Shown here: positions 9,725 to 19,966 of the stretch, piece after piece
Layout: every line of letters starts with the position of its first letter
Position numbering within the stretch: position 1 is the first letter of the stretch
NCBI GenBank assembly: GCA_963850305.1
Contig: CAWKKR010000008.1
Coordinates: 1,472,001 to 1,536,000 of the forward strand
Direction of reading: 5' to 3'
DNA: 64,000 nt
Source of the DNA: an uncultured delta proteobacterium
Lineage (GTDB): Bacteria; Myxococcota_A; Polyangia; Polyangiales; Polyangiaceae
Program-made: the position numbers and the translations under genes
Notes under the pieces: generated by a model
The model's input: only the letters and a program-made list of their open reading frames with translations
What the model was told of the DNA's origin: nothing
Database searches by the model: none

Positions 9725-12700
9725 CACCGCGCTCCGTACTGGGGGTCGTCTTCGCACTGGGTCTTTCGATAATCTCCGGATCGGTGTTCGCGCAGGACGA
9801 CGAACCCGACGACGATCTGCATCGTCCCGATCGCCTGACGGTCGGGGTCGCCGACGATCTGCTCGGCCAGCTCGCTCCCGACGGAAAGACGCTCTACTTC
9901 GTCTCGAATCGAGACACGACGAACCAGCTCTTCGCGCAGGACCAGGAGTCCGGACGCGAGAAGCTGCTCTTCGACGACGACGCGGACGTCACCTGGCCGC
10001 GCGTCAGTCCCGACGGAAAATTGCTCCTTTATATTTCGTTCGGCGAGAACGCCTCGGGCGAGCTCTGCGTGCGGAGGTTGCCGGACGGCGATGAGCGACG
10101 CTGTCTCGAGGACACCTCGGCAGCGCTGCAAGCGGAGTGGATCGACACCCACCGGATTGTGCTCGTCGGTCGTCAATCCATCCAGGGCGATCTCCGCATC
10201 TCCGAAGTGAGCGTCAGCCAGTCGCTCTCCGCGCGCGCCTTGTTCGATCGGAACGTGACGAGTCCTGCGGTCTCGCCGGACGGGCGCGTTTTCGTTTACG
10301 CCCCGCTCGAGCGCTCGACCGACGCGGTGGGACCCGCGTTCGCCGCGCACGCCGCGTCACATCTCGAGGCCGTGTTGCTCGGAGCGCCCAGCACGCCGTC
10401 GGTCATCACCCTGGACCTGCCGGGAGTGACGGGCCAGCCCGTCTTTTCTCGGGACGGCCGTTACCTTTTCTTCGTGCAGTTCTTTTTCGATTCGAACCGC
10501 GACGGAGTGATCGATGCGAGCGACGTCGGCGTGCTCTTTCGGGCGCCCATTTCGTTCAAGGGCAACGTACCCACGCTCGGCTTCGCCGAGCAGCTGACGG
10601 ACACGTCGTGGAACTGCGAGTATCCCGCGCCGTCCGCGACGAAGCTCATCGCCACGTGTTCCAAGAACGGGGATCTCGACATTTTTTCCCTGCCGCTCAG
10701 CGGTGAGGTCCGATCCGAGTGGACCGTGGACGACCTGACGGCCCAGATCGATTCTGCGAGTTCTCGCGTCGTACAGCAGCTCCTGTCGCGGCGCAGGCTC
10801 GGTCTGCAGACGACGCCGGTCCTGCGACGGCGGGGAATGATGAAGCTTGCGATGCTTCACCTGGACCTCGACGAGTTTCGCGCGGCCGAGTTCTACGCGA
10901 GGCGCATCGCCACGCTTCGCGCCCCGGGGACGGCAGGCATCTCCGCGCCGCTCTTGGCGCTCGTCGATCAGCGGCGGGCCTGGCGGGAAAGGGAGCGGGG
11001 CCGCATGATGGCGCCGTTCCGTCCTGCAGCGCGAAAGCGCCTCGATGAACTTCAGCCGAAAGCAACCGCGAGTCCGATGGCCGTCGCGCTGACCCATGTC
11101 GTGAGAAGCGAGATCGCGAGCTCGATCGGGGACGAGACCCAGGCCCGGGCGGAGCTCGACGCGGTGAAGCTGGACGAGGAGACGCCCGAGTCCATCATCG
11201 ACCAATACTACCGGCGCGCGGATGCCCTTTACCGGCACCTCGACGACCGCGAGGCCCTCATTTCCGTATGTTCGCGCCTCGCCGGCATGGAGACGTTGCC
11301 CCCTGACACGCGGCTCCGCTACGCGCGCGCCGCGGTACGTGCGATGGTGCGCGGTCTCCCCTTCGGCGACGCGCTGGCGCGTGTCGTGCGCGAACGCGGG
11401 TCCGCTTCGAACGACTCGGAGCTGGCCTTTGCTCTCGACGTGGAGCGCGAAGTGCTGGCCATCGAGCCAGGGAAGACGACCGGGATGAGCAACGAGCTCA
11501 CTGCGCTCTACCTGCGGCAGTCGCGTCCGGGCCGGCGTCGCGCGATGGTGGACGAGACCGTCCGGCGAGCGACCCTCGTGGGTGCGTCCGGCGTGGTCGA
11601 CTCGCTTGCGCAGCTGAACATCGAGACCGTCAAGAAAGGAACGGGGGAGCGGCGGACGGCCGAACGCCTTTATCGCCGCGTGTTGACGGCCCGCGCATTC
11701 CACCGGAAAGCGGAGGGACGCTTCGACGAGGCGCGCGCCGACTTCGACGCCATGGTGAGGGAGACGGGATCCCTGGAGGCCGTCGTGGGCGCGATCGACA
11801 TGCGCCTCAAGATGGGCGTTCGTCCGGCGGAAATCGAGGCTTTCTACTCCAAGAAGGACGGCGACCCCGCGCGGTCGCATTTCGCGAAAGCGTACTTGAT
11901 CGCGAGGCAGCTCCCGAAGCTCGACGGTTCCGTGCAAGTCGAGAAGGCGAACGATGCGCTGAAGATGCTCCGCGGCTCCTGGGCGGATCTCCTGCACTAC
12001 CGTATCGTGCAGGCACTCTACGGGGCATTGCTACACGAGGAGTACCTCCGGACGAGAGATCTCGGATCGGCGGAAGAAGCCAATCTCCACTATCTCGTGG
12101 CGCTGCAACTCATGGGCAAGAACCCACGCTTTCGCGCGATGATCCTCGGCGAGCTCGGTCTACTCCAGACGGAGGTCGGGAATTTTCGGATCGCGCTCGG
12201 CTATCTGCTCGAACGCGACAAGATTCCCTACACGGACAGTGCCGAAGGCCTCGCCGTCCATCTTGCGAAGGCGCGCGCGCTACTCCACGCCGACCGCGAA
12301 GCGGAATCGGCCACGACCGCGGACGAGGCCCTCGCCATGATCGCTCGAAAGCCAGGGCTCGAACGCTACAGGCTGCTCGCCCTCGACCGCGCAGCGCTCG
12401 ACCACTTCGCTGCGGGGGATTACTCCCGCGCCGTGGCGCTCTACGATACCGAGATACCGCTTCTCGACGGTCCGCGCGGCCCAGCCGCCGACCGCAATCG
12501 GTTCGTCACGCGCCTGATGCGCGCTGCCGCGGCCATCCGTGCCGGTGCTCCGGCCCGCGCGCTCGACGATCTCGCCTTCGTGGATCGACAGCTCGCCACA
12601 CCCGGCTTCGGCGCGGCCGTCGTCTGGCCGCACGCGTCGCCAGAGCACGTCGTGGAGTCCTATCGGCTCATCGCGGCGGGGCTGCGCGCCGCCGCTGATC

Positions 12701-13167
12701 GCAGACTCGGCCGGTTCGACGCCGAGACGGCGGCGCTGACCGAACGTCGCGCCATCCTCGCCGAGCGTTTCGCTAGTACGAAGCGCACCGACGGGGAAAA
12801 GAGACTGATGGCGGTGGACGCGGAGCTCGGGCAGAGCGCGAACGACCGCCACGATCTCGCGGCGATGCGCTCCTTCATCGGGGAAGCGCTCGCCCATGCC
12901 GACGATCTGCACGCGCGCGCGCACGAGGAATTCAGCAAGGAACAACTCAACGTGCTCATGCTCGCCTCCAAGCTCAGCGTCGCGACGCGCGCGCCCGTGG
13001 TTCCGGATCTCCCCGCGCGCCTACGAACCGCGGTGCACGATCTGAGCGACCGCCCCGCGCTGCGGTACTACGAACGATGGCTCGAGATCTACCAGGCCCT
13101 GACGGGCCCGGCCGGTTCGAGCTCGGGCGCACCGGTGGCGCTCTCGCCGCCGGCCACCGAGCGCTAG
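9718..13167 (+). CDS. Secreted TolB-like (PD40) beta-propeller + TPR protein
   Basis: Signal peptide from ATG 9718; PD40 repeats APDGKTLYFVSNR, PRVSPDGK, PAVSPDGR, PVFSRDGR; long Ala/Leu/Arg helical TPR-like C-terminal part. Confidence 0.8.
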   Translation: MLTPRSVLGVVFALGLSIISGSVFAQDDEPDDDLHRPDRLTVGVADDLLGQLAPDGKTLYFVSNRDTTNQLFAQDQESGREKLLFDDDADVTWPRVSPDGKLLLYISFGENASGELCVRRLPDGDERRCLEDTSAALQAEWIDTHRIVLVGRQSIQGDLRISEVSVSQSLSARALFDRNVTSPAVSPDGRVFVYAPLERSTDAVGPAFAAHAASHLEAVLLGAPSTPSVITLDLPGVTGQPVFSRDGRYLFFVQFFFDSNRDGVIDASDVGVLFRAPISFKGNVPTLGFAEQLTDTSWNCEYPAPSATKLIATCSKNGDLDIFSLPLSGEVRSEWTVDDLTAQIDSASSRVVQQLLSRRRLGLQTTPVLRRRGMMKLAMLHLDLDEFRAAEFYARRIATLRAPGTAGISAPLLALVDQRRAWRERERGRMMAPFRPAARKRLDELQPKATASPMAVALTHVVRSEIASSIGDETQARAELDAVKLDEETPESIIDQYYRRADALYRHLDDREALISVCSRLAGMETLPPDTRLRYARAAVRAMVRGLPFGDALARVVRERGSASNDSELAFALDVEREVLAIEPGKTTGMSNELTALYLRQSRPGRRRAMVDETVRRATLVGASGVVDSLAQLNIETVKKGTGERRTAERLYRRVLTARAFHRKAEGRFDEARADFDAMVRETGSLEAVVGAIDMRLKMGVRPAEIEAFYSKKDGDPARSHFAKAYLIARQLPKLDGSVQVEKANDALKMLRGSWADLLHYRIVQALYGALLHEEYLRTRDLGSAEEANLHYLVALQLMGKNPRFRAMILGELGLLQTEVGNFRIALGYLLERDKIPYTDSAEGLAVHLAKARALLHADREAESATTADEALAMIARKPGLERYRLLALDRAALDHFAAGDYSRAVALYDTEIPLLDGPRGPAADRNRFVTRLMRAAAAIRAGAPARALDDLAFVDRQLATPGFGAAVVWPHASPEHVVESYRLIAAGLRAAADRRLGRFDAETAALTERRAILAERFASTKRTDGEKRLMAVDAELGQSANDRHDLAAMRSFIGEALAHADDLHARAHEEFSKEQLNVLMLASKLSVATRAPVVPDLPARLRTAVHDLSDRPALRYYERWLEIYQALTGPAGSSSGAPVALSPPATER

Positions 13168-13225
13168 CACTACGGCCAGAGACTCGCGGACTCCCTCGTA
13201 AGGCGCGAGCGGGCGCGCCCGTGCT

Positions 13226-15337
13226 TCAAATCCTTATCGACCCCAGGACGACGAGCCAGTTGTGCGTCGCGTGGACCGCGAGGCACGGCGCGAGAGAGGA
13301 AGTCGCCGCGTAGAGCGCACCCGCGATCAATCCGACGGGAAAGACGGCGAGAAACGAGATGGCCGGGTGAACCGATGCGAACGCGAGCGCAGCGATGACC
13401 GGCGCGATCCACTTCCCGCGCGCGTCGAGCTCATGGGCTACCGCGTGCTGGAGCCATCCACGGAAGAAGAGCTCCTCGGCGAGCGGCGCCGCGACACCGG
13501 CGGTGAGCGCGAACGCGATCTGTCCGGCGTGACTCGCGTGCTGCATCGTCGCGGTCGGATCGGGGTGAAGGACGTGCCCGACCAGGAACCGCGCGAAGAA
13601 CGCCGTCGCGGTCCCGCCTGCGAGACCGAGAACCACGGCCAGCGGGTTCTTCGGCCAGAACCTGAGCGGTGCGAGCTCGCGCCGACCGTAGGCAACGAGG
13701 ACGGCGAGTACGATTGCAGACGCGCCATAACTCCCCGCCGCGATGAAGCCGCCGTCGTGCGTGAAGCTCACGAGAAATCGCGCGGCGAGGACCTGCGACG
13801 CCTGAAACGCGGCGAAGGCGAGGGCAGCGCGCCACGCCGGCGTCTCGCGCTCGAAGTCTTCGCCGTCGTCCAGCCACCGGACGACCCGCGTCGCGGCACG
13901 GCGAGCTTCGAGCGCGACGAGGGCGAGCGCGATCATCGGCACGATGGCTTGCCACGGCTTGTCGGCGAACAAGATGGCCATGAGGGGCGTCAGCAAGAGC
14001 AGAGACTCGAGGCGTAGCGTGCCGCCCGGCTGCACCCGGTTATTCTGCACGCCGCCCGTGAGGAACGCGACGGACACGGCCGCGCTCCCGTAGATCCACG
14101 CGGCGAGCGCGACGATGCCTCCGCGCCATGCGATCTCGCCGATGATCCTCGACGGCATCGGTGTCAGGAGCGCGAGCGCGAGCGGAAAGAGTCCGAGAAA
14201 GATCCGGCGCCGGACGACGGCGACCTTGCCGTCGATGAGGTCGCGCGGCTCGATCGGAAGCGCGGCGAGGAACGGCCGCGCCACGAGATCGCGACTCACC
14301 GCGCGGGACGCGAGGCCCGCGACGCTCACGAGCGCCATGTAACCGGTCCATCCCACGAAGAAATGCGGCAGGAAGTGGACGAAGGCGCTGTCGAGGACGC
14401 TCCCGGTCATGAACAGTGCGGCCATCCCGACGAGCGGCATCGCCCCGAAGAGCAGGAACGGCCAGCGCCGTCCTCCGGGTTCCCTTCGCGCGAGCAGCTC
14501 GTCGATGGGACCCACCGTGAGCTCGTGCGTTTCGGCGCGCGTGAACTTCTTGCGCGGGACGACCTCGGCCTGATCGTAGCCCACCCGCTCGGCGAGCATG
14601 AGCGCCACCACGCCGAAAACGAAGAGCCCGCCGGTGAAGGCGAACGCCGCGGCGAGTCCACCGTCTCCGGCCAGCGGTCTCGCTAGCGGCGCCAGGAAGA
14701 ACGGGTGCACCCGCTTGCCGAGAGTCGCGGTCATGGGACCGATGAACCCGGCCATCAGGAAGAGCGCCTGAACGAACGTCGCGGCCTGCGCGACCGACAT
14801 CGCGCGCTCCGACGGAACGAGAACGAAGGCCCAGCGCATCAGCGCCGCGCCGAGGGTCGATGCGCTGATGGACGCCGCGAGACCGAGCGCGATGGACTCG
14901 CCATGCGGCAGTGACGGCGCCGCGGCCACGAATGCCGCGGCAGTGACGATGTGCGCCAGCGCCACTTCGAGAGACTCGACGAGGGTCCGAGCGCCGTCGT
15001 ACACGGGCAGAGTGTCGAGAAACGGCGACGCGAGCGGCGGCGCCATGCCGCGAAGATTCCTGCTGCGAATGAGCATGCCCCAGCAAGTCGTGAAGCCGAG
15101 CACCGAAAGGACGAGCCACTCCACCGAGGGAACGCCTGCTGCCGCGGAAGTCAGACTCATCGAACCGATCGCCTTGCCGATCTCGGCGTAGATCACGACC
15201 GCCGCGACTCGAACGAGGAATGCGGAACCCTTGCGGAGCCGTTCGACGCGCGCACCCGGCAACCCCGAACGCAGCCAGTGGCGCACGAGAAGTCCGACGA
15301 AGGCTCGAGCCTGGCGAAACGGTGCAGCAGAGGTCAT
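13226..15337 (-). CDS. ABC-permease-like multi-TM protein fused to a C-terminal CPBP (CAAX/Abi) intramembrane protease
   Basis: Many TM segments; CPBP motifs APLAEELFFRG, FASVH, HATHN. Confidence 0.8.
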   Translation of the reverse strand: MTSAAPFRQARAFVGLLVRHWLRSGLPGARVERLRKGSAFLVRVAAVVIYAEIGKAIGSMSLTSAAAGVPSVEWLVLSVLGFTTCWGMLIRSRNLRGMAPPLASPFLDTLPVYDGARTLVESLEVALAHIVTAAAFVAAAPSLPHGESIALGLAASISASTLGAALMRWAFVLVPSERAMSVAQAATFVQALFLMAGFIGPMTATLGKRVHPFFLAPLARPLAGDGGLAAAFAFTGGLFVFGVVALMLAERVGYDQAEVVPRKKFTRAETHELTVGPIDELLARREPGGRRWPFLLFGAMPLVGMAALFMTGSVLDSAFVHFLPHFFVGWTGYMALVSVAGLASRAVSRDLVARPFLAALPIEPRDLIDGKVAVVRRRIFLGLFPLALALLTPMPSRIIGEIAWRGGIVALAAWIYGSAAVSVAFLTGGVQNNRVQPGGTLRLESLLLLTPLMAILFADKPWQAIVPMIALALVALEARRAATRVVRWLDDGEDFERETPAWRAALAFAAFQASQVLAARFLVSFTHDGGFIAAGSYGASAIVLAVLVAYGRRELAPLRFWPKNPLAVVLGLAGGTATAFFARFLVGHVLHPDPTATMQHASHAGQIAFALTAGVAAPLAEELFFRGWLQHAVAHELDARGKWIAPVIAALAFASVHPAISFLAVFPVGLIAGALYAATSSLAPCLAVHATHNWLVVLGSIRI

Positions 15338-16086
15338 CGGATCAGCCGCAGGAACGCTTCTTCGAGGGTCCCCTCTTCGGGAACTCCGGCCCTGGCGCGG
15401 ACCTGGTCGGGCGTGCCGTCAGCGAGTAGCCGGCCCTTGTCGAGCACGAGGAAGCGTTCGCACAGGCCGTCGGCCATCTCGAGCAGGTGCGTCGAGACGA
15501 CCACCGCGACGCCACTCGCCGCGAGACCACGCAGGTGCGCCTTCACGAACGCCGAGCTCTGTGGGTCGAGTCCGTTCGTCGGCTCGTCCAGGAGGAGGAC
15601 GCGCGGTTCATGCACGAGCGCGACCAGCAGCGCGAGCTTCTTCTTCGTCCCGTGCGAGTAGCCGCCGACGGACGTCGCGAGCTGCTTCTCGAACTCGAGC
15701 CCGGTGACCAGTGGTTCGAGGCGTTGCCAGGCCGCGCTCCGATCGAGCCCGCGCACGTTCGCGACGAAGTCCACCGTCTCTCGTCCCGTGAGAAAGTCGA
15801 AGAACGCCGGCTCGTCCGGGCAGTAGCCGAGGATGAGCTTCACCTCGCGGGCGTCGCGCGTGCAGTCGAGAGCATTCACCGTGGCCGTGCCGCGCGTCGG
15901 CTTCAGCAACCCGAGCACGAGCTTCATCGTCGTCGTCTTGCCGGCGCCGTTCGGCCCGAGGAGCCCCACGATTTCGCCCGCCCCGATCTCGGCCGAGAGC
16001 GAGTGGAGCGCGGGCGTGCCGCCATAATCCTTGCCGAGCGAACGCAGGCTCACCAGCGGCAGGAGCTCGCGCTGGGCGGCCATCAT
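15334..16086 (-). CDS. ABC transporter ATP-binding protein
   Basis: GPNGAGKTT, YSHGTKKK, LLLDEPTNGLD, STH; own ATG at 16086/16083. Confidence 0.92.
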   Translation of the reverse strand: MMAAQRELLPLVSLRSLGKDYGGTPALHSLSAEIGAGEIVGLLGPNGAGKTTTMKLVLGLLKPTRGTATVNALDCTRDAREVKLILGYCPDEPAFFDFLTGRETVDFVANVRGLDRSAAWQRLEPLVTGLEFEKQLATSVGGYSHGTKKKLALLVALVHEPRVLLLDEPTNGLDPQSSAFVKAHLRGLAASGVAVVVSTHLLEMADGLCERFLVLDKGRLLADGTPDQVRARAGVPEEGTLEEAFLRLIR

Positions 16087-17364
16087 CGGGCGCTCATTTC
16101 GTCCACGCGGAGTCCCATCCGCTTCGCGATGGCGTCCCGAGCGTCCACGAACTCTCGCGATTCGGGCAGGATCTGCACCAGGGTGTCGTAGTCGGCCCAG
16201 GCGGCTTTTGCATCGGAAAGACGCAGGTCCTTCTCTGCCTCGGACGTCAGAATCGGTCACGAACCATTGGAGCAGCTCGGCGGCCGAGGAGTCTTCCGGG
16301 TCGAGCTTGAGGGCGAGCCGGATGTCGGGCGCGGCGTCCTCGAAATCATTGGCTCTGGAGTACGCCCGCGCGCGCTCGACGAGCGCGCTCTCGTCGTAGG
16401 GATTCACGGCAAGCACGGTGGTCAGAGCATGCGCGGAATCGTCGTAACGGCCCATCTCGAAGAGAATGATGGCCTGCGTTCGCAGGAAGTCGGGCGCGGG
16501 GTAGATGGCGACGGCTCGATCGCAGGCCTGGAGGGCCGCTTCGGCGTCCTCCGCCCGGAGGCGACGGCAGTCGTCGGAGTCGACGTAGCCGAGGAGGGCG
16601 CGCAGGGCCGGATTTTCTCCGGCGAACTGCTGCGACTCTTTCGCGAAGTCCGCGAGCGAGTCGCGATCGCCTGCGGAGCAGTTCGGACGGAGCGTGCCTG
16701 CGTATGCCCAGCGGGGGCCCAGGCACTCCTCGCAGGCCGCGAGGGCCCGGTCGAGAAGTCCCCTGTCCGGGTTTCCGTCGCCGTCCGCGGACATCCGAAG
16801 TAACAGCGTGTAGGCCTCCACGAGCCCCGGGCGGAGCTCGATGGCCTTCTCCAGATCCGCTCGGGCAAGCGCAACGTCCGCCGCGGTCGTGCCGCGTTTC
16901 TTTCCGTATCCACGTGGATCCGCGACGCGCGCTGCGGCGCGCGCGACGTAGCCCACGAAGGATCGCGGCGTCCGCGCGACCCACCCATTCAAGATCGGCA
17001 ACTCCGACGTGCTTGCGAACGAAAAGGCATCGAAGAGCGTCTCGATGTCGCGCTCCCGGGTCCGGTCGCGCTCGAACTGCGCTTCCGCGGCCCCGAGGAC
17101 GACGTCGAGCTCCGGCGTTCTCCCCGCTCGCAGCAGCGCGATGACCCAGCCCGGGTTCATGACGGACACGTCGTTTGCGTCGAGGGTTCGAGCGGGACAC
17201 GCGAGCTTCGGCACCAGCGCGACGAGCCTTCGCTGGTCATCGGTGAGAGCGTGCTTCGCTCCCTTTGCGCTGTGGTGTGGTCGCGCGTGGCGTGCTGCGA
17301 CCCAGCGCACCCCGACGGTCCAGATGACGGCGACGAGCACCAAGAAGAGCCAGCCGCGACGCAT
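16083..17364 (-). CDS. Membrane-anchored DUF4034-like/TPR protein (frameshift near 16250)
   Basis: N-terminal TM; LLRAGRTPELD..WVARTPRSFVGYVARA; TPR repeats; the alternate frame gives ...AAWADYDTLVQILPESREFVDARDAIAKRMGLRVDEMSAR* ending in a TGA that overlaps the ATPase ATG. Confidence 0.7.
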
Positions 17365-17466
17365 GGATTCACCTCGAAGATAACACCGCGCAATGGCTAG
17401 CCGGCCGGGACCCTCGGGCCCGAGGCCACGTCCAACGTTCGCTCGAATCGAGCCGCCAGGGGCTTG

Positions 17467-17754
17467 GCCAAGCTCCGATGGCTCAAAGTGAGCCAGCTAC
17501 GAGCTTAAATCAGCTCTCGACGTCTCGAAGTGAGTGTTTGGGAGCGTATCCCTGCGATTATTTCCGCTGAAAGCGCAAGCAACGAGCCAGGCCAAGCTCG
17601 AACTGGCTCAAAGTGAACCGCCGGGAGCTCAGCCAAGCTCCGAGCTGGCTCACGAGGAGCGGCCGAGAGCTAATTTAAGCGTCGTCTGGCTCAAAGTGAG
17701 CCGCCGGGAGCTCAGCCAAGCTCCGAGCTGGCTCACGATGAGCCGCCGAGAGCT
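17467..17754. repeat. Intergenic ~42-bp-period palindromic repeat array
   Basis: TGGCTCA-N3-TGAGCC-type hairpin cores at ~17479, 17604, 17646, 17687, 17729; 69-bp near-identical direct repeat 17603-17671/17686-17754. Confidence 0.85.
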
Positions 17755-17776
17755 TGTTTCCTAGTAGACTTCGTGC

Positions 17777-18187
17777 ATGGAGCGGCGTCGTACGCCGAGC
17801 GGGGCTTCGCGGCCGCGCGACGCGCTGGATACTCTGCCGGCAGATTCCGACGCGCTCGTTCGTCTCCGTGATCTGAGTCGGCTCGATGCCGACGTGGACT
17901 CGCTGCTCGCCGCGCCGGGGGTGACGGAGGCGCCGGAAGCGCGCCTGCCGCAGCTATCGATTCCATTCGAGCTGAATCGGCCTGCCCCGATTCTGCTCGA
18001 TCAACCGCGTGCACCGCAGCCGTCGGTGCCGTTCGAACTCTCCCGCGAAGTCGCTATTCCGCGTCCCTCTCCGGCCCGGGGCGACGAGCCGGTCGTGCTT
18101 CCGCTTCGGCGAACGCTCTGGCCGTTCGTCATCGTGCTCGGAGGGCTAATTTTCGCAGCCATCGTCCGTCTTTGGAGCCTCAGGTGA
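17777..18187 (+). CDS. Hypothetical Pro-rich protein with C-terminal TM helix
   Basis: ATG ORF with internal PQLSIPFEL/PQPSVPFEL duplication and hydrophobic tail. Confidence 0.55.
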   Translation: MERRRTPSGASRPRDALDTLPADSDALVRLRDLSRLDADVDSLLAAPGVTEAPEARLPQLSIPFELNRPAPILLDQPRAPQPSVPFELSREVAIPRPSPARGDEPVVLPLRRTLWPFVIVLGGLIFAAIVRLWSLR

Positions 18188-18232
18188 CCTCCGCGCCGCA
18201 GACCCGACTGGCCAAGAGCAACGCCATGGCGG

Positions 18233-19921
18233 ATGTATATTGAGATGGGACCGGTGCAAGGCGGGCGGAGCGCCGCGCGATTCGTCGTGCGTACACTGGC
18301 GTTCGCCGCCATCTACGCGGTGACGGCGAAGCTTGCGCTGCTGCTCGGGGCGGTCGAAGGGTTCGCGACGCTCGTCTGGCCACCGAGTGGACTCGCGTTC
18401 GCCGCCGTCGTCACGCGCGGGTATGGCATGGTTCCGGCGATTCTTCTCGGAGCGTTCGTCGCGAACGTGTGGCAAGGCGCTCCGGCTCTGGCGGCGCTCG
18501 GTGTGGCGCTCGGAAATACGGGGGAAGCGGTCCTGGGCGCGTATTTGCTGGCTCGCACCGGCTTCCGCTTCTCGCTGGCGCGGATCGTGGACGTCGCGTT
18601 GCTGGTCGGGATTGCGGCCCTCGCGACGCTGCTCGCCGCCACGTTCGGTCCGCTGTCGCTCCTCGCGTGTGGCGTCATTCACGCGCATCGCTTCGAAGCG
18701 ACGTGGGGGGCGTGGTGGATGGGTGACTTTTACGGCGTTCTCGTCGTCGGGTCGTTCCTGCTCGCCTGGTCCGCGCCGCGATTGAAAGGCGTGCCTGCTC
18801 GCCATGGGGAGGCGTTGGTGCTCGGGCTCTTGCTGATCCTAACGAGCGCGCTCGTATTCGTGGGGCCGGTGGCGGCGAGCGCGACGGCGTTCGCGGTGCT
18901 GCCGTCCGTGGTCTGGGGGACGGTGAGGTTCGGGCAGCGCGGTGCGACCGCGGGGGCCGTATTCGTGTCGCTCGCCGCGGTTTCGGGAACCCTTTTCGGC
19001 TACGGCCCGTTCCTCTACGGAACGCTGGCCGAGCGGCTCTGGGTGCTTCAGTCCTACGTCGCAGTCCTGGCCCTGACGCTCCTGGTGCTCGGCGCGGCCA
19101 TCGAGGAGCGCGGCAAGGCCGTTTCGGAGCTTCAGCGAGCGCTCGATGCGCGCGAGGAGTTTCTCTCGATCGCGAGTCACGAGCTTCGCGCGCCCGTGAG
19201 TACGATGCTGCTGAATCTCGCGATGCTGAAGGAATTGCTCCGCGACAGGACCGCCGTGCGTGACCAGGCCCGCGTGGAGCGCAAGGTCGACCAGGCCGTG
19301 AAGCAGACGAATCGACTGACGGCGTTGATCGAGCAACTCCTCGATCTGACGCGCGTCGCCTCGGGGAAGCTCGAGCTCGACGTGAAGCGCGTCGACCTGT
19401 GCCGCATGGTGCAGGAGGTGTGCGAGAGGTTTTCGGAATACGCCGACCGCTCGGGTGCGAAGCTCGTCTTTTCCGCGAACGGTCCCGTCGAGGGCGAATG
19501 GGACCCGGTCCGGCTCGAGCAGGTCGCGGGAAACCTGGTATCGAACGCCGTTCGTCACGGCGGGCGTGGCGCGATCGAAGTGGAGGTTCATGCCCATGCG
19601 GGTCGCGCCGCCCTCGTCGTTCGCGATCACGGGCCGGGCATCGCCCCGGACGTGCTGCCGCGCATCTTCGAGCGGTTCGAGCGGGCTGCGGGATCTCGCG
19701 GCGCCGGTGGCCTCGGGCTCGGGCTCTACATCGCGCGGCAGATCGTGGAGGCGCACGGCGGATCGATCCGCGTCGCGAGCACGCTCGGCGAAGGCGCAGC
19801 GTTCATCGTGGAGTTACCCGTGCGGCGCGCGGACGAGCGTGACTCTCGTGAGTCGAAGACTCGCCGGCGATCGTCTCCCGCGGTATTCCGAGACCCATCG
19901 GACTCCGTCTCCGGCGGTTGA
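18233..19921 (+). CDS. MASE1-domain sensor histidine kinase
   Basis: WPPSG MASE1 motif and many TMs; SHELRAP H-box, NLVSNAVRH, DHGPGI, GLGLGL. Confidence 0.92.
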   Translation: MYIEMGPVQGGRSAARFVVRTLAFAAIYAVTAKLALLLGAVEGFATLVWPPSGLAFAAVVTRGYGMVPAILLGAFVANVWQGAPALAALGVALGNTGEAVLGAYLLARTGFRFSLARIVDVALLVGIAALATLLAATFGPLSLLACGVIHAHRFEATWGAWWMGDFYGVLVVGSFLLAWSAPRLKGVPARHGEALVLGLLLILTSALVFVGPVAASATAFAVLPSVVWGTVRFGQRGATAGAVFVSLAAVSGTLFGYGPFLYGTLAERLWVLQSYVAVLALTLLVLGAAIEERGKAVSELQRALDAREEFLSIASHELRAPVSTMLLNLAMLKELLRDRTAVRDQARVERKVDQAVKQTNRLTALIEQLLDLTRVASGKLELDVKRVDLCRMVQEVCERFSEYADRSGAKLVFSANGPVEGEWDPVRLEQVAGNLVSNAVRHGGRGAIEVEVHAHAGRAALVVRDHGPGIAPDVLPRIFERFERAAGSRGAGGLGLGLYIARQIVEAHGGSIRVASTLGEGAAFIVELPVRRADERDSRESKTRRRSSPAVFRDPSDSVSGG

Positions 19922-19966
19922 CGCCGGGGCTCGGAGCCGCGGGCTTATCCTGATACTCTTGGTTCC

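Noticed and set aside
15334..17364. 676-aa TPR-ABC ATPase fusion in the ORF track
   Set aside because: The linker is out-of-frame sequence; a one-base shift near 16250 gives a natural TPR end whose TGA overlaps the ATPase ATG
17397..17764. MITE with CTAG target-site duplication around the 42-bp array
   Set aside because: No terminal inverted repeats, and CTAG occurs many times elsewhere in the window
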